A DNA stretch of 64,000 nucleotides from Geopsychrobacteraceae bacterium (GCA_963662315.1 OY759353.1:3904001-3968000), one strand, 5' to 3'. Positions 29,326 to 40,574 are shown, counted from the stretch's first letter. Translations and numbers: made by a program. The notes: generated by a model not told the origin, from the sequence alone.

Positions 29326-31188
29326 ATGAATAAATTAAATATATCAAGTATGAGAAATTACGCTGTTGCCGGTCTGGCAGTTGCATTTTCATGCTATCAG
29401 TTATACACGGCTATTTTCGGAGCTCTTGAGCCACTCGTACATAGGCCAATTCACCTTGCTTTTGTTCTGGGCATGGTCTTCCTGGTTGCTCCAGCACTGA
29501 AAAACGGTAAATTTTATTTTTTCGACGGGTTATTTTCTTTACTCGGAATGGGGCTATGCCTTTACCTTGTCTTTAACTATGAGCGCCTTATCTGGTCAGT
29601 AGGAAGGTATTCGAACCTTGATTATTTTGTTGGCGGGTTAGGTTTGCTGCTTATTTTAGAGGCATGCCGCCGGGTCATTGGCTGGCCACTGTTGATCGTT
29701 GTGCTCGTCTTTATCACTTATGCTCTTTTTGGTAATTATTTTCCAGGTTTTTTAGTCCATCGCGGTTTTTCCTTATCAAGAGTTGTTGCCCGTCTCTATT
29801 TCACAACAGAAGGTGTACTCGGTATTCCTTTGGGGGCATCAGCGACATACATATTCCTGTTTTTGCTTTTTGGTACTTTACTCTCATACACAGGAGTTTC
29901 CGCATACTTTCTTGAATTAGCCATGTGCCTGGCTGGCTCCAAGCCTGGGGGCCCTGCAAAAGTCGCTGTCATTGGTTCCGCACTCTTTGGGAGTGTTTCG
30001 GGGAGTTCCATTGCCAATGTTATGGGGACTGGTAGCTTCACGATTCCCATGATGAAAAAATTGGGTTATAAGCCTGAATTTGCCGCCGCTGTTGAGGCTG
30101 TGGCATCGACAGGAGGACAACTCATGCCACCAGTTATGGGAACGGCAGCGTTTCTTATGGCTGAATTTCTCGGTGTGTCATATTGGTCTGTTGTAAAAGC
30201 GGCTATTATTCCCGGTCTATTATATTTTGTGTGTGCATATTGTGCAGTTCACTTTGAAGCAAAACGTACAGGCTTAAAGGGGCTTACCAAAGCAGAACTT
30301 CCTAAGGGGCGTAAAGTTTTCAAAAAATTATACCTCGTGTCTCCTTTGGCTTTAATTATTATTTTTCTCGCCGTTGGATATACTCCGATTCGCAGTGCCC
30401 TCTATGGCATGGTTGCCTGTATTGTGGTTGGTATAATTAATCCAGACGTAAAGATTACGATCCGTGGTTTAATCGGTGCACTGCAAGACTCTGCCAATAG
30501 TGTACTAAGTGTTGCAATAGCAACCGCTAATGCAGGTATCATTGTCGGAGTTGTGACATTAACAGGCATCGGAATGAAAATGGGAGATGGGCTTGTAACC
30601 TTGGCCCATGGCTACATGTTTCCCACTTTGTTGCTCGTAGCATTGGCATCGTTGGTTCTGGGTATGGGCGTCCCTACCGCACCTAATTATGTTATCACCT
30701 CAATGGTAGCAGCCCCAGCATTGATCAAATTAGGAATTGATCCTTTAGTCGCAAACATGTTTGTGCTCTATTTCGGCATAATTTCAGATATTACTCCTCC
30801 TGTATGTCTCTCCGCATTTGCTGCTTCAGCTATTGCAGGATCTAATGCGATTAAAACTGGAATTCAAGCGTCACTAAATGGAATTGGTGGATTTTTAGCT
30901 CCTTTTATTTTCGTAGCATCCCCAGTGCTAATGTTTGTCGATTTTACACTACTTGATTTTGTTATTTCATTGGTAAGTTCACTACTTGGAATTGTTTTAA
31001 TCAGCGGTGTAGTTGCGGGTTTTCTTGGTAAAAAATTAAGCATTCCGGAACAACTTCTCTTAGTAGTAGCAGGTATTTTCTTAATTCTCCACATTGGGAT
31101 TTTGAAAATTATCGGGCTGCTTTTAGCTGGGTTGTTTTTTGGCTTGGTGCGAACTAAAAGAAGCAATAGAACCGCCTCAGTTGTGTAA
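29326..31188 (+). CDS. TRAP transporter fused 4TM/12TM permease
   Basis: LEACRR, GGPAKVAV, GSSIANV..TGSFTIPMMKK.GY, ASTGGQLMPPVMG, LGMG.PT, ITPPV. Confidence 0.93.
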   Translation: MNKLNISSMRNYAVAGLAVAFSCYQLYTAIFGALEPLVHRPIHLAFVLGMVFLVAPALKNGKFYFFDGLFSLLGMGLCLYLVFNYERLIWSVGRYSNLDYFVGGLGLLLILEACRRVIGWPLLIVVLVFITYALFGNYFPGFLVHRGFSLSRVVARLYFTTEGVLGIPLGASATYIFLFLLFGTLLSYTGVSAYFLELAMCLAGSKPGGPAKVAVIGSALFGSVSGSSIANVMGTGSFTIPMMKKLGYKPEFAAAVEAVASTGGQLMPPVMGTAAFLMAEFLGVSYWSVVKAAIIPGLLYFVCAYCAVHFEAKRTGLKGLTKAELPKGRKVFKKLYLVSPLALIIIFLAVGYTPIRSALYGMVACIVVGIINPDVKITIRGLIGALQDSANSVLSVAIATANAGIIVGVVTLTGIGMKMGDGLVTLAHGYMFPTLLLVALASLVLGMGVPTAPNYVITSMVAAPALIKLGIDPLVANMFVLYFGIISDITPPVCLSAFAASAIAGSNAIKTGIQASLNGIGGFLAPFIFVASPVLMFVDFTLLDFVISLVSSLLGIVLISGVVAGFLGKKLSIPEQLLLVVAGIFLILHIGILKIIGLLLAGLFFGLVRTKRSNRTASVV

Positions 31189-31225
31189 ATTGAACTTGTA
31201 TAAAAGAGAAGAGACCCATATCTAG

Positions 31226-31241
31226 TGGTCTGAAGACCTGA
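31226..31241 (+). promoter_or_regulatory. FadR/GntR-type operator copy 4
   Basis: TGGTCTGAAGACCTGA just upstream of the aminotransferase RBS. Confidence 0.75.
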
Positions 31242-31258
31242 ACATGGAGAGTGTGCCT

Positions 31259-32164
31259 ATGTTACAACAATTTTTTGATAAAAATAAAAATTTACTGGTG
31301 AATATCAATGGAAAATTAGTTCATCGCAATGAAGCTGGCGTCAGTCCTTTTGACTCATCTGTTCAAAATGGCGATACCATGTGGGAAGGGCTACGCCTTT
31401 ATAAAGGGAGAATTTTTAGGCTTGAGCAGCACCTGGATAGACTCGAAACTAGTGCCAGAATGTCTCGCTATGAAGGCTTTCCATCCCGGGACAAGATTAA
31501 GGAAGAACTCAAGAAAACATTAGCCGCAAATGATATGACGGACAATGTTCATGTTCGTCTGATTGTATCCAGAGGCTTGAAATATACCTCTGGATCTGAC
31601 CCAAGAATCAACACTCAGGGTTGCTCAATGTTTATTCTGGCTGAGCACAAGCCACCAGTCTATGACCGCAGTGGAGTCGTTTTGATTACGGCAAAGCAAA
31701 GACGTCCCTTTGCAAATGTCCTTGATCAAAGAATTCATTCAAGTAATCAGTTGACCTCCATTTTGGCCAAAATTGAAGCCAATGATGCCGGTGTTGATGA
31801 TGCCTTGATGTTGGATACCGACGGAAACCTTGCAGAAACAAACTCCACCCATATTTTCCTGGTTAAGGACAGAAAAGTTTTAACCTCCACAACCAAGGCC
31901 TGTCCGACAGGAATCACCCGTTTAACTGTTTTGGAATTATGTGAAAAGCATAATATCCCATGCGAAGTCAGAGATATTCCGGAAGAGGAAATCCACCAAG
32001 CAGATGAAATGTTTTGTACCGGTACCATGGGTGAAATCATTCCGGTTACCAAACTGGACCAAACAGTATTCAATAATGCCAAAGAGGGTCCTATAACCTC
32101 AAAAATAGCTGATATCTATCGCGAATTGACCAGATCGGAAGACGAAGGATATTTAGTTATTTAA
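31259..32164 (+). CDS. PLP fold-type IV aminotransferase-like protein (BCAT/DAAT/PabC family)
   Basis: SPFD..V..GD..WEGLR, HLDRL, RL.VSRG, DALMLD.DG.LAE, GITR, ADEMF.TGTMGEI.PV; start ATG 31259 after GGAGA. Confidence 0.85.
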   Translation: MLQQFFDKNKNLLVNINGKLVHRNEAGVSPFDSSVQNGDTMWEGLRLYKGRIFRLEQHLDRLETSARMSRYEGFPSRDKIKEELKKTLAANDMTDNVHVRLIVSRGLKYTSGSDPRINTQGCSMFILAEHKPPVYDRSGVVLITAKQRRPFANVLDQRIHSSNQLTSILAKIEANDAGVDDALMLDTDGNLAETNSTHIFLVKDRKVLTSTTKACPTGITRLTVLELCEKHNIPCEVRDIPEEEIHQADEMFCTGTMGEIIPVTKLDQTVFNNAKEGPITSKIADIYRELTRSEDEGYLVI

Positions 32165-32237
32165 ATTGGTTCTGGTTGCCTTCACGTCAGAAACACTTAT
32201 GAACAACAGTTATTTTTCTTAAAACAGGACAATTGAT

Positions 32238-33887
32238 ATGAGCTTGTTAAATAACGCATCGGTATCAGTACCGTTACCTCAGAATGAACCCAACCTGACC
32301 TATGCGGCCGGTACCCCGGAGCGTTCCCAGCTTAAAGCAGCCCTTGAAGAACTCAAGGCAAAACAGATCGAGGTTCCCCTTATTATCGGTGGCAAAGAGG
32401 TGCGCACCGGCGACACAGCAAAGATCGCCTGCCCCCATGATCATTCGATTAATCTTGGCACTTATCATAAAGCCGGTCCCAAAGAAGTGCAGATGGCCAT
32501 TGACGCCGCCATGGCCGCCAAACCGGTCTGGGAAAGCCTGCGCTGGGAAGAACGCGCCGCAATCTTCTTAAAAGCAGCCGACCTGCTTGCTGGCCCTTAC
32601 CGCTTCCTGCTCAATGCTGCGACCATGCTCAACATCAGCAAGAACCCCTTCCAGGCTGAAATCGACTCGGCTTGCGAGCTGATCGACTTTTTACGTTTCA
32701 ACGTTTACTTTGCTCAGCAGGTCTATGCCGACCAGCCGATGCATAACTCCCGCTTTACCTGGAACTACGTCCAGCACCGCCCCATGGAAGGCTTTATTTT
32801 CGCCGTTGCGCCGTTCAACTTTACCGCCATTGCCGGCAACCTGCCGACCGCACCAGCGATTATGGGGAACACTGTGGTCTGGAAACCAGCCTCTTCTGCC
32901 GTATATGCTCCTTACTACTTCATGAAACTGCTTCAGGAAGCGGGCCTGCCTGATGGTGTTATCAACTTTGTTCCCGGTTCCGGCAGTAATGTTGGCGATA
33001 CCGTTCTGAACAGCCCCGACTTTGCCGGCATTCATTTCACCGGCAGTACCGGCGTCTTCCAGGGGATGTGGAAAACCATCGGCAACAATCTGGCTGAAAA
33101 CAGATATAAAACCTACCCACGTATCGTCGGCGAAACCGGCGGTAAAGACTTTATCTTTGCCCACAAATCCGTAGATGCCAAAGCCTTGGCAACGGCCGTT
33201 GTGCGCGGTGCTTTCGAATTCCAGGGGCAGAAATGTTCCGCAGCATCCCGCGCCTACATTCCAGAATCCCTGTGGCAACCGGTGATGGACGAAATCAAGG
33301 CCCAGACCGATCGCATCAAGATGGGTGATGTCTGCGATTTCCGCAATTTCTTCAATGCGGTTATCGATAAGGCCGCCTTCAAGAGCATTACGGCGTACAT
33401 CGACTACGCCAAAGCAGCGGACGATGCCGAGATCGCCATCGGTGGCCACTATGATGACAGCAAGGGCTGGTTCATCGAACCAACCATCATCACCACCACC
33501 AATCCGAAGTTCAAAACGATGGAAGAGGAGATCTTCGGCCCGGTCATGACCATGTACTGCTACAAAGATGACGAGTACGAAGCCGTCCTGGAACTGTGTG
33601 ACCAGACCAGTGAATACAGCCTGACCGGTGCTCTGTTCGCTCAGGACCGTACCGCCATCAGCTTTGGCATGGGCAAACTGACCAACGCTTCGGGCAACTT
33701 CTACATTAACGACAAACCGACCGGTGCCGTTGTCGGCCAACAACCGTTCGGTGGTGGCCGCGCCTCCGGGACCAACGACAAGGCCGGCAGCAAACAGAAT
33801 CTGATGCGCTGGGTCTCGGTACGGACCGTTAAGGAAAACTTCGTACCGCCAACAACTTTTGAATATCCATTTATGGATGCCGAATAA
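32238..33887 (+). CDS. pruA: 1-pyrroline-5-carboxylate (glutamate semialdehyde) dehydrogenase
   Basis: AEIDSACELIDFLRFN, PFNFTAI, FTGST, ETGGKDF, FEFQGQKCSA, EEIFGP, NDKPTGAVVGQQPFGGGRASGTNDK. Confidence 0.96.
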   Translation: MSLLNNASVSVPLPQNEPNLTYAAGTPERSQLKAALEELKAKQIEVPLIIGGKEVRTGDTAKIACPHDHSINLGTYHKAGPKEVQMAIDAAMAAKPVWESLRWEERAAIFLKAADLLAGPYRFLLNAATMLNISKNPFQAEIDSACELIDFLRFNVYFAQQVYADQPMHNSRFTWNYVQHRPMEGFIFAVAPFNFTAIAGNLPTAPAIMGNTVVWKPASSAVYAPYYFMKLLQEAGLPDGVINFVPGSGSNVGDTVLNSPDFAGIHFTGSTGVFQGMWKTIGNNLAENRYKTYPRIVGETGGKDFIFAHKSVDAKALATAVVRGAFEFQGQKCSAASRAYIPESLWQPVMDEIKAQTDRIKMGDVCDFRNFFNAVIDKAAFKSITAYIDYAKAADDAEIAIGGHYDDSKGWFIEPTIITTTNPKFKTMEEEIFGPVMTMYCYKDDEYEAVLELCDQTSEYSLTGALFAQDRTAISFGMGKLTNASGNFYINDKPTGAVVGQQPFGGGRASGTNDKAGSKQNLMRWVSVRTVKENFVPPTTFEYPFMDAE

Positions 33888-34109
33888 ATTGGAGATGGAT
33901 AGTTAGGCTTTTGACTTACTAGTATGACAAAAAGCAAATAGAGATATGCTTTCAAATCGCCTCTAGAACTCTAGATTCTTATCGGCCCTATTTAAGCCCG
34001 GTAAAAATTGAGATGCTAGGGGCGATTTTTTTGGTTCAATATTTTTGTTTTTATAAGACGCTTTACGTTCTCTTTGCTTTTCCAAACTCAGACGCCCTAT
34101 GTCTTAACA

Positions 34110-34560
34110 TAGGGGCCACGATCTGAGAACAGGATCACCATTTGTCGATCTTGACTGGAAGGCATTGTCCAACCAACAACCAATTTACTGAACAGATCAA
34201 TAGCAACCCAGAGGTTGATTTTGCCTCTCACAGTTTTTAGCTCTGTAATATCAGTAACCCACAACTATTTCGGATCGGAAGCCAAAAACTCACGCTGTAG
34301 ATGATTCTGACATCTATGGGATGTCGAGAACCAGCAAAAGCCGATCACCCTTTGGCTTCTGCCTCTCGCTTCCAGCGGGAAAGCTCATTAGAATTAATTC
34401 CAAGCTCTTTTGGGATCTGCGCACAGTTAACACCCGGTTGGCTGGCTTGTTCAATAGTTCCGAGCCTGAATTCAGAACTGAATTTTATTCTTTTCGATAT
34501 GAACACTTCTTGGGGGCCTTATCGGCTTTTTTGAAGTGTCCGTAAGATCAGGCAAGAACC
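34110..34560 (-). pseudogene. Internally deleted IS3-family remnant (boundaries approximate)
   Basis: Minus strand: SKRIKFSSEFR.GTIEQASQPGV..ELGI..LSRWKRE (OrfA) joined to LQREF.ASDPK*LWVTDITE..IDLFSKLVVGW..SDRG (OrfB); TGATCTTACGGACAC end motif. Confidence 0.8.
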
Positions 34561-34674
34561 CATATCACTGATACCCCTTTTCGGAAAAAAGCTATAGGTG
34601 AAAGTCTAAAAATAAGAGCAAAATTAGTCCCCGATCAAGTGTAGCGGAACCGGTTCCTTGGACACAAGTTTAGA

Positions 34675-35544
34675 TTATGCCGCCTGACGGATTTCGTCTG
34701 GCGACCGGAAGCCATTTTTCTCGACACGCCATTCGTTGTTGTAAAGCTCCACGAAGGTTTTCACGGCTTCGCGGACATCATCGACGGTCCGGAAAATCTG
34801 GCCGTAGATAGCTTGCTCTTTCAAAGTACGATTGAAACGTTCAGAAACTCCATTGGTCTGAGGCTCGGCAACGAAGGCAAAGCTGGGAGTGATCCCCCAG
34901 AATTTGATCTGGTTCTGAAAATGGTCTGAGAGGTACTGGGTGCCGTGGTCCATACGTAGGGAGAGCCCTCGGGCAATGCCTTTCTCTACGCTGCCGTAAA
35001 GGCGGTCCAGGGCCATGGACCGCGGTTGAAGGGCGGCATAACGGTCGCCGGTCTTGCACACGTGCCAACCGACACACTCGGCGTTCCAATGCTCCACGGC
35101 GGTAAAGATCCAGACCCAGCCCTCGTCAAGAGTGAAGACACGGGTGCCATCGGTGCCCCACATCAGGTTGGGGGCCAGGGTGATGATCTTGCCGTCATGG
35201 GCCTTGGCGGCTTTGGGACGACCCCGGTGCGGTGAAAGCAGATGATTCTCACGCATGAGCCGAAGAACCCGTTTGCGCGATACCCGGTGCCCATCACGGA
35301 ACCGCAGCCGCCCCCAGACCTTGCGGTGTCCTTCTCCCGTAAACGGTGAGGCAGCCAGGTCGTCGCGGATCAAAGCTAACAGGGGCTCGTCACTGATCAA
35401 TGGCTTCGGCCCTCGACGCTTGGGAGTCGTTGGCAACACCGAGAGCGAGGCATGGTAGAACGATGAGCGAGCCTGCTCCCAGATCGTACAAACGCGCTGG
35501 ACACCATAAGGCTTGTCAGTGCCCGGGGAGATCGTTTGGCTCAT
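34675..35544 (-). CDS. IS3-family transposase OrfB (DDE)
   Basis: PNLMWGTD, MDHGTQY, PQTNGVSERFNRTLKE, YN. Confidence 0.92.
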   Translation of the reverse strand: MSQTISPGTDKPYGVQRVCTIWEQARSSFYHASLSVLPTTPKRRGPKPLISDEPLLALIRDDLAASPFTGEGHRKVWGRLRFRDGHRVSRKRVLRLMRENHLLSPHRGRPKAAKAHDGKIITLAPNLMWGTDGTRVFTLDEGWVWIFTAVEHWNAECVGWHVCKTGDRYAALQPRSMALDRLYGSVEKGIARGLSLRMDHGTQYLSDHFQNQIKFWGITPSFAFVAEPQTNGVSERFNRTLKEQAIYGQIFRTVDDVREAVKTFVELYNNEWRVEKNGFRSPDEIRQAA

Positions 35545-35882
35545 TTCGACGACCTCCGTTTGGCTAAAGGGCCGGGTTTTTTAACCCGTTCCCAAAGCAA
35601 CTCGTTCTCCATGGTCAACTCGCCAATCCGGCGCATGGCCTGGTTGAGTTCAGCCTGGACGGGATCGTTCTGACGCTTTTTCAGCGACTCATCGATTCCG
35701 AACAACGCGCTCTCCCGCCACTGCTCCAGGCGGTAGACTTCAATGCTCAGCTCGCGGGACAGCGCATCAACGGATTCGCCCCGCAGCAGACGCAGAACCA
35801 CTTCACGCTTGCGGGCAGCACTCCAACGCTGCCCTTTGGCCAGCGGCCCTGTAACAGTTTCGTTCTGGTTCTGTTTGGTCAT
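35541..35882 (-). CDS. IS3-family transposase OrfA (HTH)
   Basis: RWSAARKREVVLRLLRGES.DALSREL; RIGELTMENELL. Confidence 0.88.
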   Translation of the reverse strand: MTKQNQNETVTGPLAKGQRWSAARKREVVLRLLRGESVDALSRELSIEVYRLEQWRESALFGIDESLKKRQNDPVQAELNQAMRRIGELTMENELLWERVKKPGPLAKRRSSK

Positions 35883-35977
35883 TATCACTCTCCTTGGACA
35901 CGGGGACTTTACCCCAATTCAGTGTCCAAGAAAACCGGCGCCGCCCCATTTTCTACCCCGATTTTGTTTTCACAAAT

Positions 35978-37298
35978 CACTGCTGTCCGGTTAATAGCTG
36001 AATAAATCCAGCTGGTTACTATCAGGGAGATCTTGAATTTGCTTGAGAGCATCAGCAACCAGTGAAGAAATGGGCTTTTTCTCAAACAAATTGACCTCCA
36101 GGATCTGTAAAAAAGTGTAGAGCTCACACGGGATTTTGAGCTTTTTCTTCGCAATAACAACCAGAAGGTAAATGCACAGCGCTACCCATATCTGGCTCTT
36201 TACGCCGTTGATCGATGTCCCGTAAAACGATTTGATCCGCAGGTGCTGCTTAACCCATTTGAAAAACAGCTCTACCTGCCAGCGCTGCTTATAGACTTCG
36301 GCAACTGTAGCTGCTGAAATCGTAAAATTGTTGGTCAAAAAGACCAGGTGTTTATTTCGATCTTTGTCAACATAACTGACCCGGCGGAACTTTTCCGGAT
36401 AGTCCTTTTTCGATTTGGGAGTGACTAGGACAATCGTCTGGTCAGCTTTGATTCCGGCTGACTTGTCTTTGTCTGCGGAATAAAGTCGCCTGTAACGCAA
36501 ATTGTCTTTTGCCCTGATGACGAAGAAACCTCCTTGTTGATGCAGCGCATAGAGTCGCGAGAAGTCGGTATAGGCCTTGTCCATGGTGTAAATGGCATTC
36601 TCTGTTACCGGCAGAGAATCCAACATTCGGACATCATGTACTTTGCCTGTTGTGACGGCGACATAGGTCGGAATGGTTCCTCGCAGATCAAGCAGAGTAT
36701 GCATTTTAACCGCGGACTTCGTCGTTTTGTATTCTGCCCATGGGAATAGAGACAGGCACAGATCAATGGTCGTTGAATCAAAAGCATACAGTGGCTGGCC
36801 AAGTTCAAGGGCAAATGGTTCGTCACAGTAAAGTTGCTGCGCCATGTGTATTAGAATATGGCCGAAGTCCTGAAAGATGCGCCAGTCCCTGCGCTCACTG
36901 GCATCTGCCAGAGTTGAGCGGGACACGGAACCGCGAAAGCCGATGTGGTAAAGCTTCTCTCGGTGAGAGTTCAAGCAGGTTTCGATATCTCGCAAGCTTT
37001 CACGGCTGGCCATTTGGGCATAAGCGAGGCACAGAAATTGATCGAATGTCGAAAACTTTCTGGCTCTGTAATCGCCCCGATAACGGTGAACGCACAAATT
37101 GAAATCGTGACGTGGCAGAAACTGCAGCAGTTGCCTGAAAACGGTTTGGCCTGAATTCATCGATACCTCCTGCGATAATGGATGGTATCTCCCCATATTC
37201 ATGGGGCGAATTCAAATCGAAAACGGAACAGTTATGTCAAAGAACAATTATTATCAGTAACTTACAGCACTATCCGACTTTTTAACCGGACAGTAGTG
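35978..37298 (-). mobile_element. IS4-family insertion sequence with 9-bp target site duplication
   Basis: Terminal IRs CACTGCTGTCCGGTTAA / CACTACTGTCCGGTTAA (16/17); TTCACAAAT at 35969-35977 and 37299-37307. Confidence 0.95.
35991..37160 (-). CDS. IS4-family transposase (DUF4372 + DDE)
   Basis: RESLRDIE, DSTTIDLC, VKMHTLLD, DKAY, Y..RWQVELFFKWVKQHL. Confidence 0.95.
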   Translation of the reverse strand: MNSGQTVFRQLLQFLPRHDFNLCVHRYRGDYRARKFSTFDQFLCLAYAQMASRESLRDIETCLNSHREKLYHIGFRGSVSRSTLADASERRDWRIFQDFGHILIHMAQQLYCDEPFALELGQPLYAFDSTTIDLCLSLFPWAEYKTTKSAVKMHTLLDLRGTIPTYVAVTTGKVHDVRMLDSLPVTENAIYTMDKAYTDFSRLYALHQQGGFFVIRAKDNLRYRRLYSADKDKSAGIKADQTIVLVTPKSKKDYPEKFRRVSYVDKDRNKHLVFLTNNFTISAATVAEVYKQRWQVELFFKWVKQHLRIKSFYGTSINGVKSQIWVALCIYLLVVIAKKKLKIPCELYTFLQILEVNLFEKKPISSLVADALKQIQDLPDSNQLDLFSY

Positions 37299-37437
37299 TT
37301 CACAAATATAAAAAATAGCGATAACGGTTAGTGATTCATTTTACGTATACCTTTTGTGGCACGCTATCTACTGATGTGGTTCAATGATCTCGGACACCAA
37401 AGTGCGTGCTATACTCCGGCACGAAAGCGAGGTGTTC

Positions 37438-38600
<1,163 letters not shown>

Positions 38601-38782
38601 CCACTACATTCGTAATTGCGACCGCCCAAGGTTAAGCGTAACCTGACCACACACTGGCTGGCCATCGCGGCGCTTGTGGCCAACCAGTGCAAGTATCGCA
38701 AGTATCGGGGGAAAACCTGGACATGGGACATCGAGTACAATCTCGTTATCTAAAATAGCAATGTCGTATGGAGGGGAGGACT

Positions 38783-39047
38783 ATGGCGCGTCAATTGCGG
38801 TTGGAATACGACGGAGCGATTGACCATATCACTGCTCGCGGGAACGAGCGGAAGAAAAATTATTATTCACAGAGAGATTACACCAAGTTCAAAGAGTATC
38901 TGAAGCTGTCCCAAAAACGCTTCGGCTGTATTGTCCATGCATACGTGTTGATGGGAAATCACTACCATTTATTCTTGAAACACCGGAAGGGAATCTCAGC
39001 AAGGTGATGCACTTCCTCAATGGCTCTTACGCCATCGATGTCCCCTG
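38783..39047 (+). pseudogene. REP-associated tyrosine (Y1/HUH) transposase fragment, frameshifted and truncated
   Basis: MARQLRLEY.GA..HITARGNER...AYVLMGNHYHL, continuing in another frame as ETPEGNLSKVMHFLNGSYA; C-terminal catalytic Tyr region missing. Confidence 0.85.
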
Positions 39048-39242
39048 ATTCGGCGGCATTTCTGGTTCAAAGGGTCTGATTTGTGAAAAATCGATTATAT
39101 TGCCACAGAGAGTTCATCTCGGGTCCTTGTTTGATGTTCGACATCTTGTATAATTTCTTTTGAAAGTAGTAACTTTTGTGAACTTTTGTGTTTGAAATGG
39201 AAATGAGATAACAACTTCTATCCTTTCAGAGGAGGCGCAAAA

Positions 39243-40574
39243 ATGTTACCCATCATCCAGCTTATAATTGTTTTGGCTTGCCTTTATTTTGGAGCTCGGC
39301 GAGGAGGGGTTGCTCTTGGCGTCCTTTCCGGCATAGGCCTTGCCGTCTTAGTGCTCATCTTCCAGATGAAACCAGGTTCTCCTCCTTCCACCGTTATCTA
39401 TATCATTATCGCGGCCGTTACCAGCGCGGGAATCCTTCAGGCTGCTGGTGGAATGGACTTTCTTATTCAGATAGCTGAGCGGCTTCTTCGCAAACACCCC
39501 ACCAGAATTACATTTCTTGCACCGTATTGTACTTTTTTTCTGACTGTCCTTTGCGGGACAGGGCATGTGGTATACGTTCTGATGCCGATTATCGCCGATA
39601 TCTCTTTGAAGGAAGGTATTAGGCCCGAGAGACCGGTTGCGGTGTCCTCAGTGGCCGCTCAAGTGGGTATTACGTGCTCACCGATTGCTGCGGCAGTCGT
39701 GGCCTTTGTCTCCATGACGGTTTCAAACAACGTCGGCGTTTCTCTACTGCAAGTACTCGCTGTCACGTGGCCGTCCTGCATGATTGGTCTCTTTTTCGCA
39801 GCTCTTTACTCAAGTCGTAGAGGCAAAGAATTGACTGATGACCCAGAATATCAGGCGCGACTGGAAGATCCTGAAATTACAAATTACATGTTTGGTGAAT
39901 CAATCACTTCTCTAGGCAAAACCCTGCCTAAGTCTGCAAAAAATTCTGTGTTAATATTTTCGTGCGCACTGATTTTGATAGGGATCTTTGCACTGTTTCC
40001 TAGCCTTCTCCCTGCGTACGGCTCGCCACCCAAAACACTTAGCATGACCCTCGTGATACAGATTGTCATGTTGCTCATTGGTGGCCTAATTTTGCTCATC
40101 TGCCGGGTTAAGCCTGTGGAAGTTGTCCGAGGAACTGTCTTTCAGGCAGGAATGGTTGCGATTGTGGCTATTTATGGCATTGCCTGGTTGTCCGACACAT
40201 ACTTCGGAACCTATATCGGCACAATGAAGGAATCGATCAACTCTATTGTTCAGGCCGCCCCATGATCTTTTGCTTTTGCATTATTTGCGGTGTCAGTTTT
40301 GATTAACACGCAAGGAGGCACAGTCCTTGCCGTCATGCCTCTTGGATTTGCCCTTGGTATTCCCGTGGCGGTTCTGGTCGGGATATTGCCTTCGGTCTAT
40401 GGTTACTTTTTTATTCCGAACTATCCAAGTGACATTGCTTCCATGAACTTTGACCGGTCAGGAACCACTAAAATTGGCAAGTATCTCTTAAACCACAGTT
40501 TTATGTTGCCGGGGTTAATTTCTGTAAGTATATCTTGCATTATTGGTTATTTCTGGGCGAAGTTGATCATCTGA
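39243..40574 (+). pseudogene. Anaerobic C4-dicarboxylate transporter (DcuA/DcuB family) with in-frame TGA
   Basis: [42 protein letters not shown]...NHSF; the two ORF-track pieces are one frame split by TGA 40263-40265 (QAAP*SFA). Confidence 0.85.

Larger units (their letters stand above)
34640..35948 (-). mobile_element. IS3-family insertion sequence (about 1.31 kb)
   Basis: Imperfect terminal IRs TGTAGCGGAACCGGTTCCTTGGACAC / TGGGGCGGCGCCGGTTTTCTTGGACAC; orfA and orfB overlap by ATGA; no target duplication seen. Confidence 0.88.

Noticed and set aside
25439..31241. Repeated 14-16-mer as a CRISPR repeat
   Set aside because: Too short, mostly kilobases apart, no cas genes; positions fit operators.
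32691..33743. 350-aa minus-strand ORF opposite pruA
   Set aside because: Antisense shadow of a highly conserved gene.
37357..37372. Possible sigma54 promoter TGGCACGCTATCTAC at the IS3 left junction
   Set aside because: The -12 element reads CTAC, not TTGC, and removing the IS does not restore it.
40263..40265. Selenocysteine or genetic-code reassignment at the Dcu TGA
   Set aside because: The position corresponds to Trp, not Cys; no SECIS-like hairpin is evident; many genes here end in TGA.
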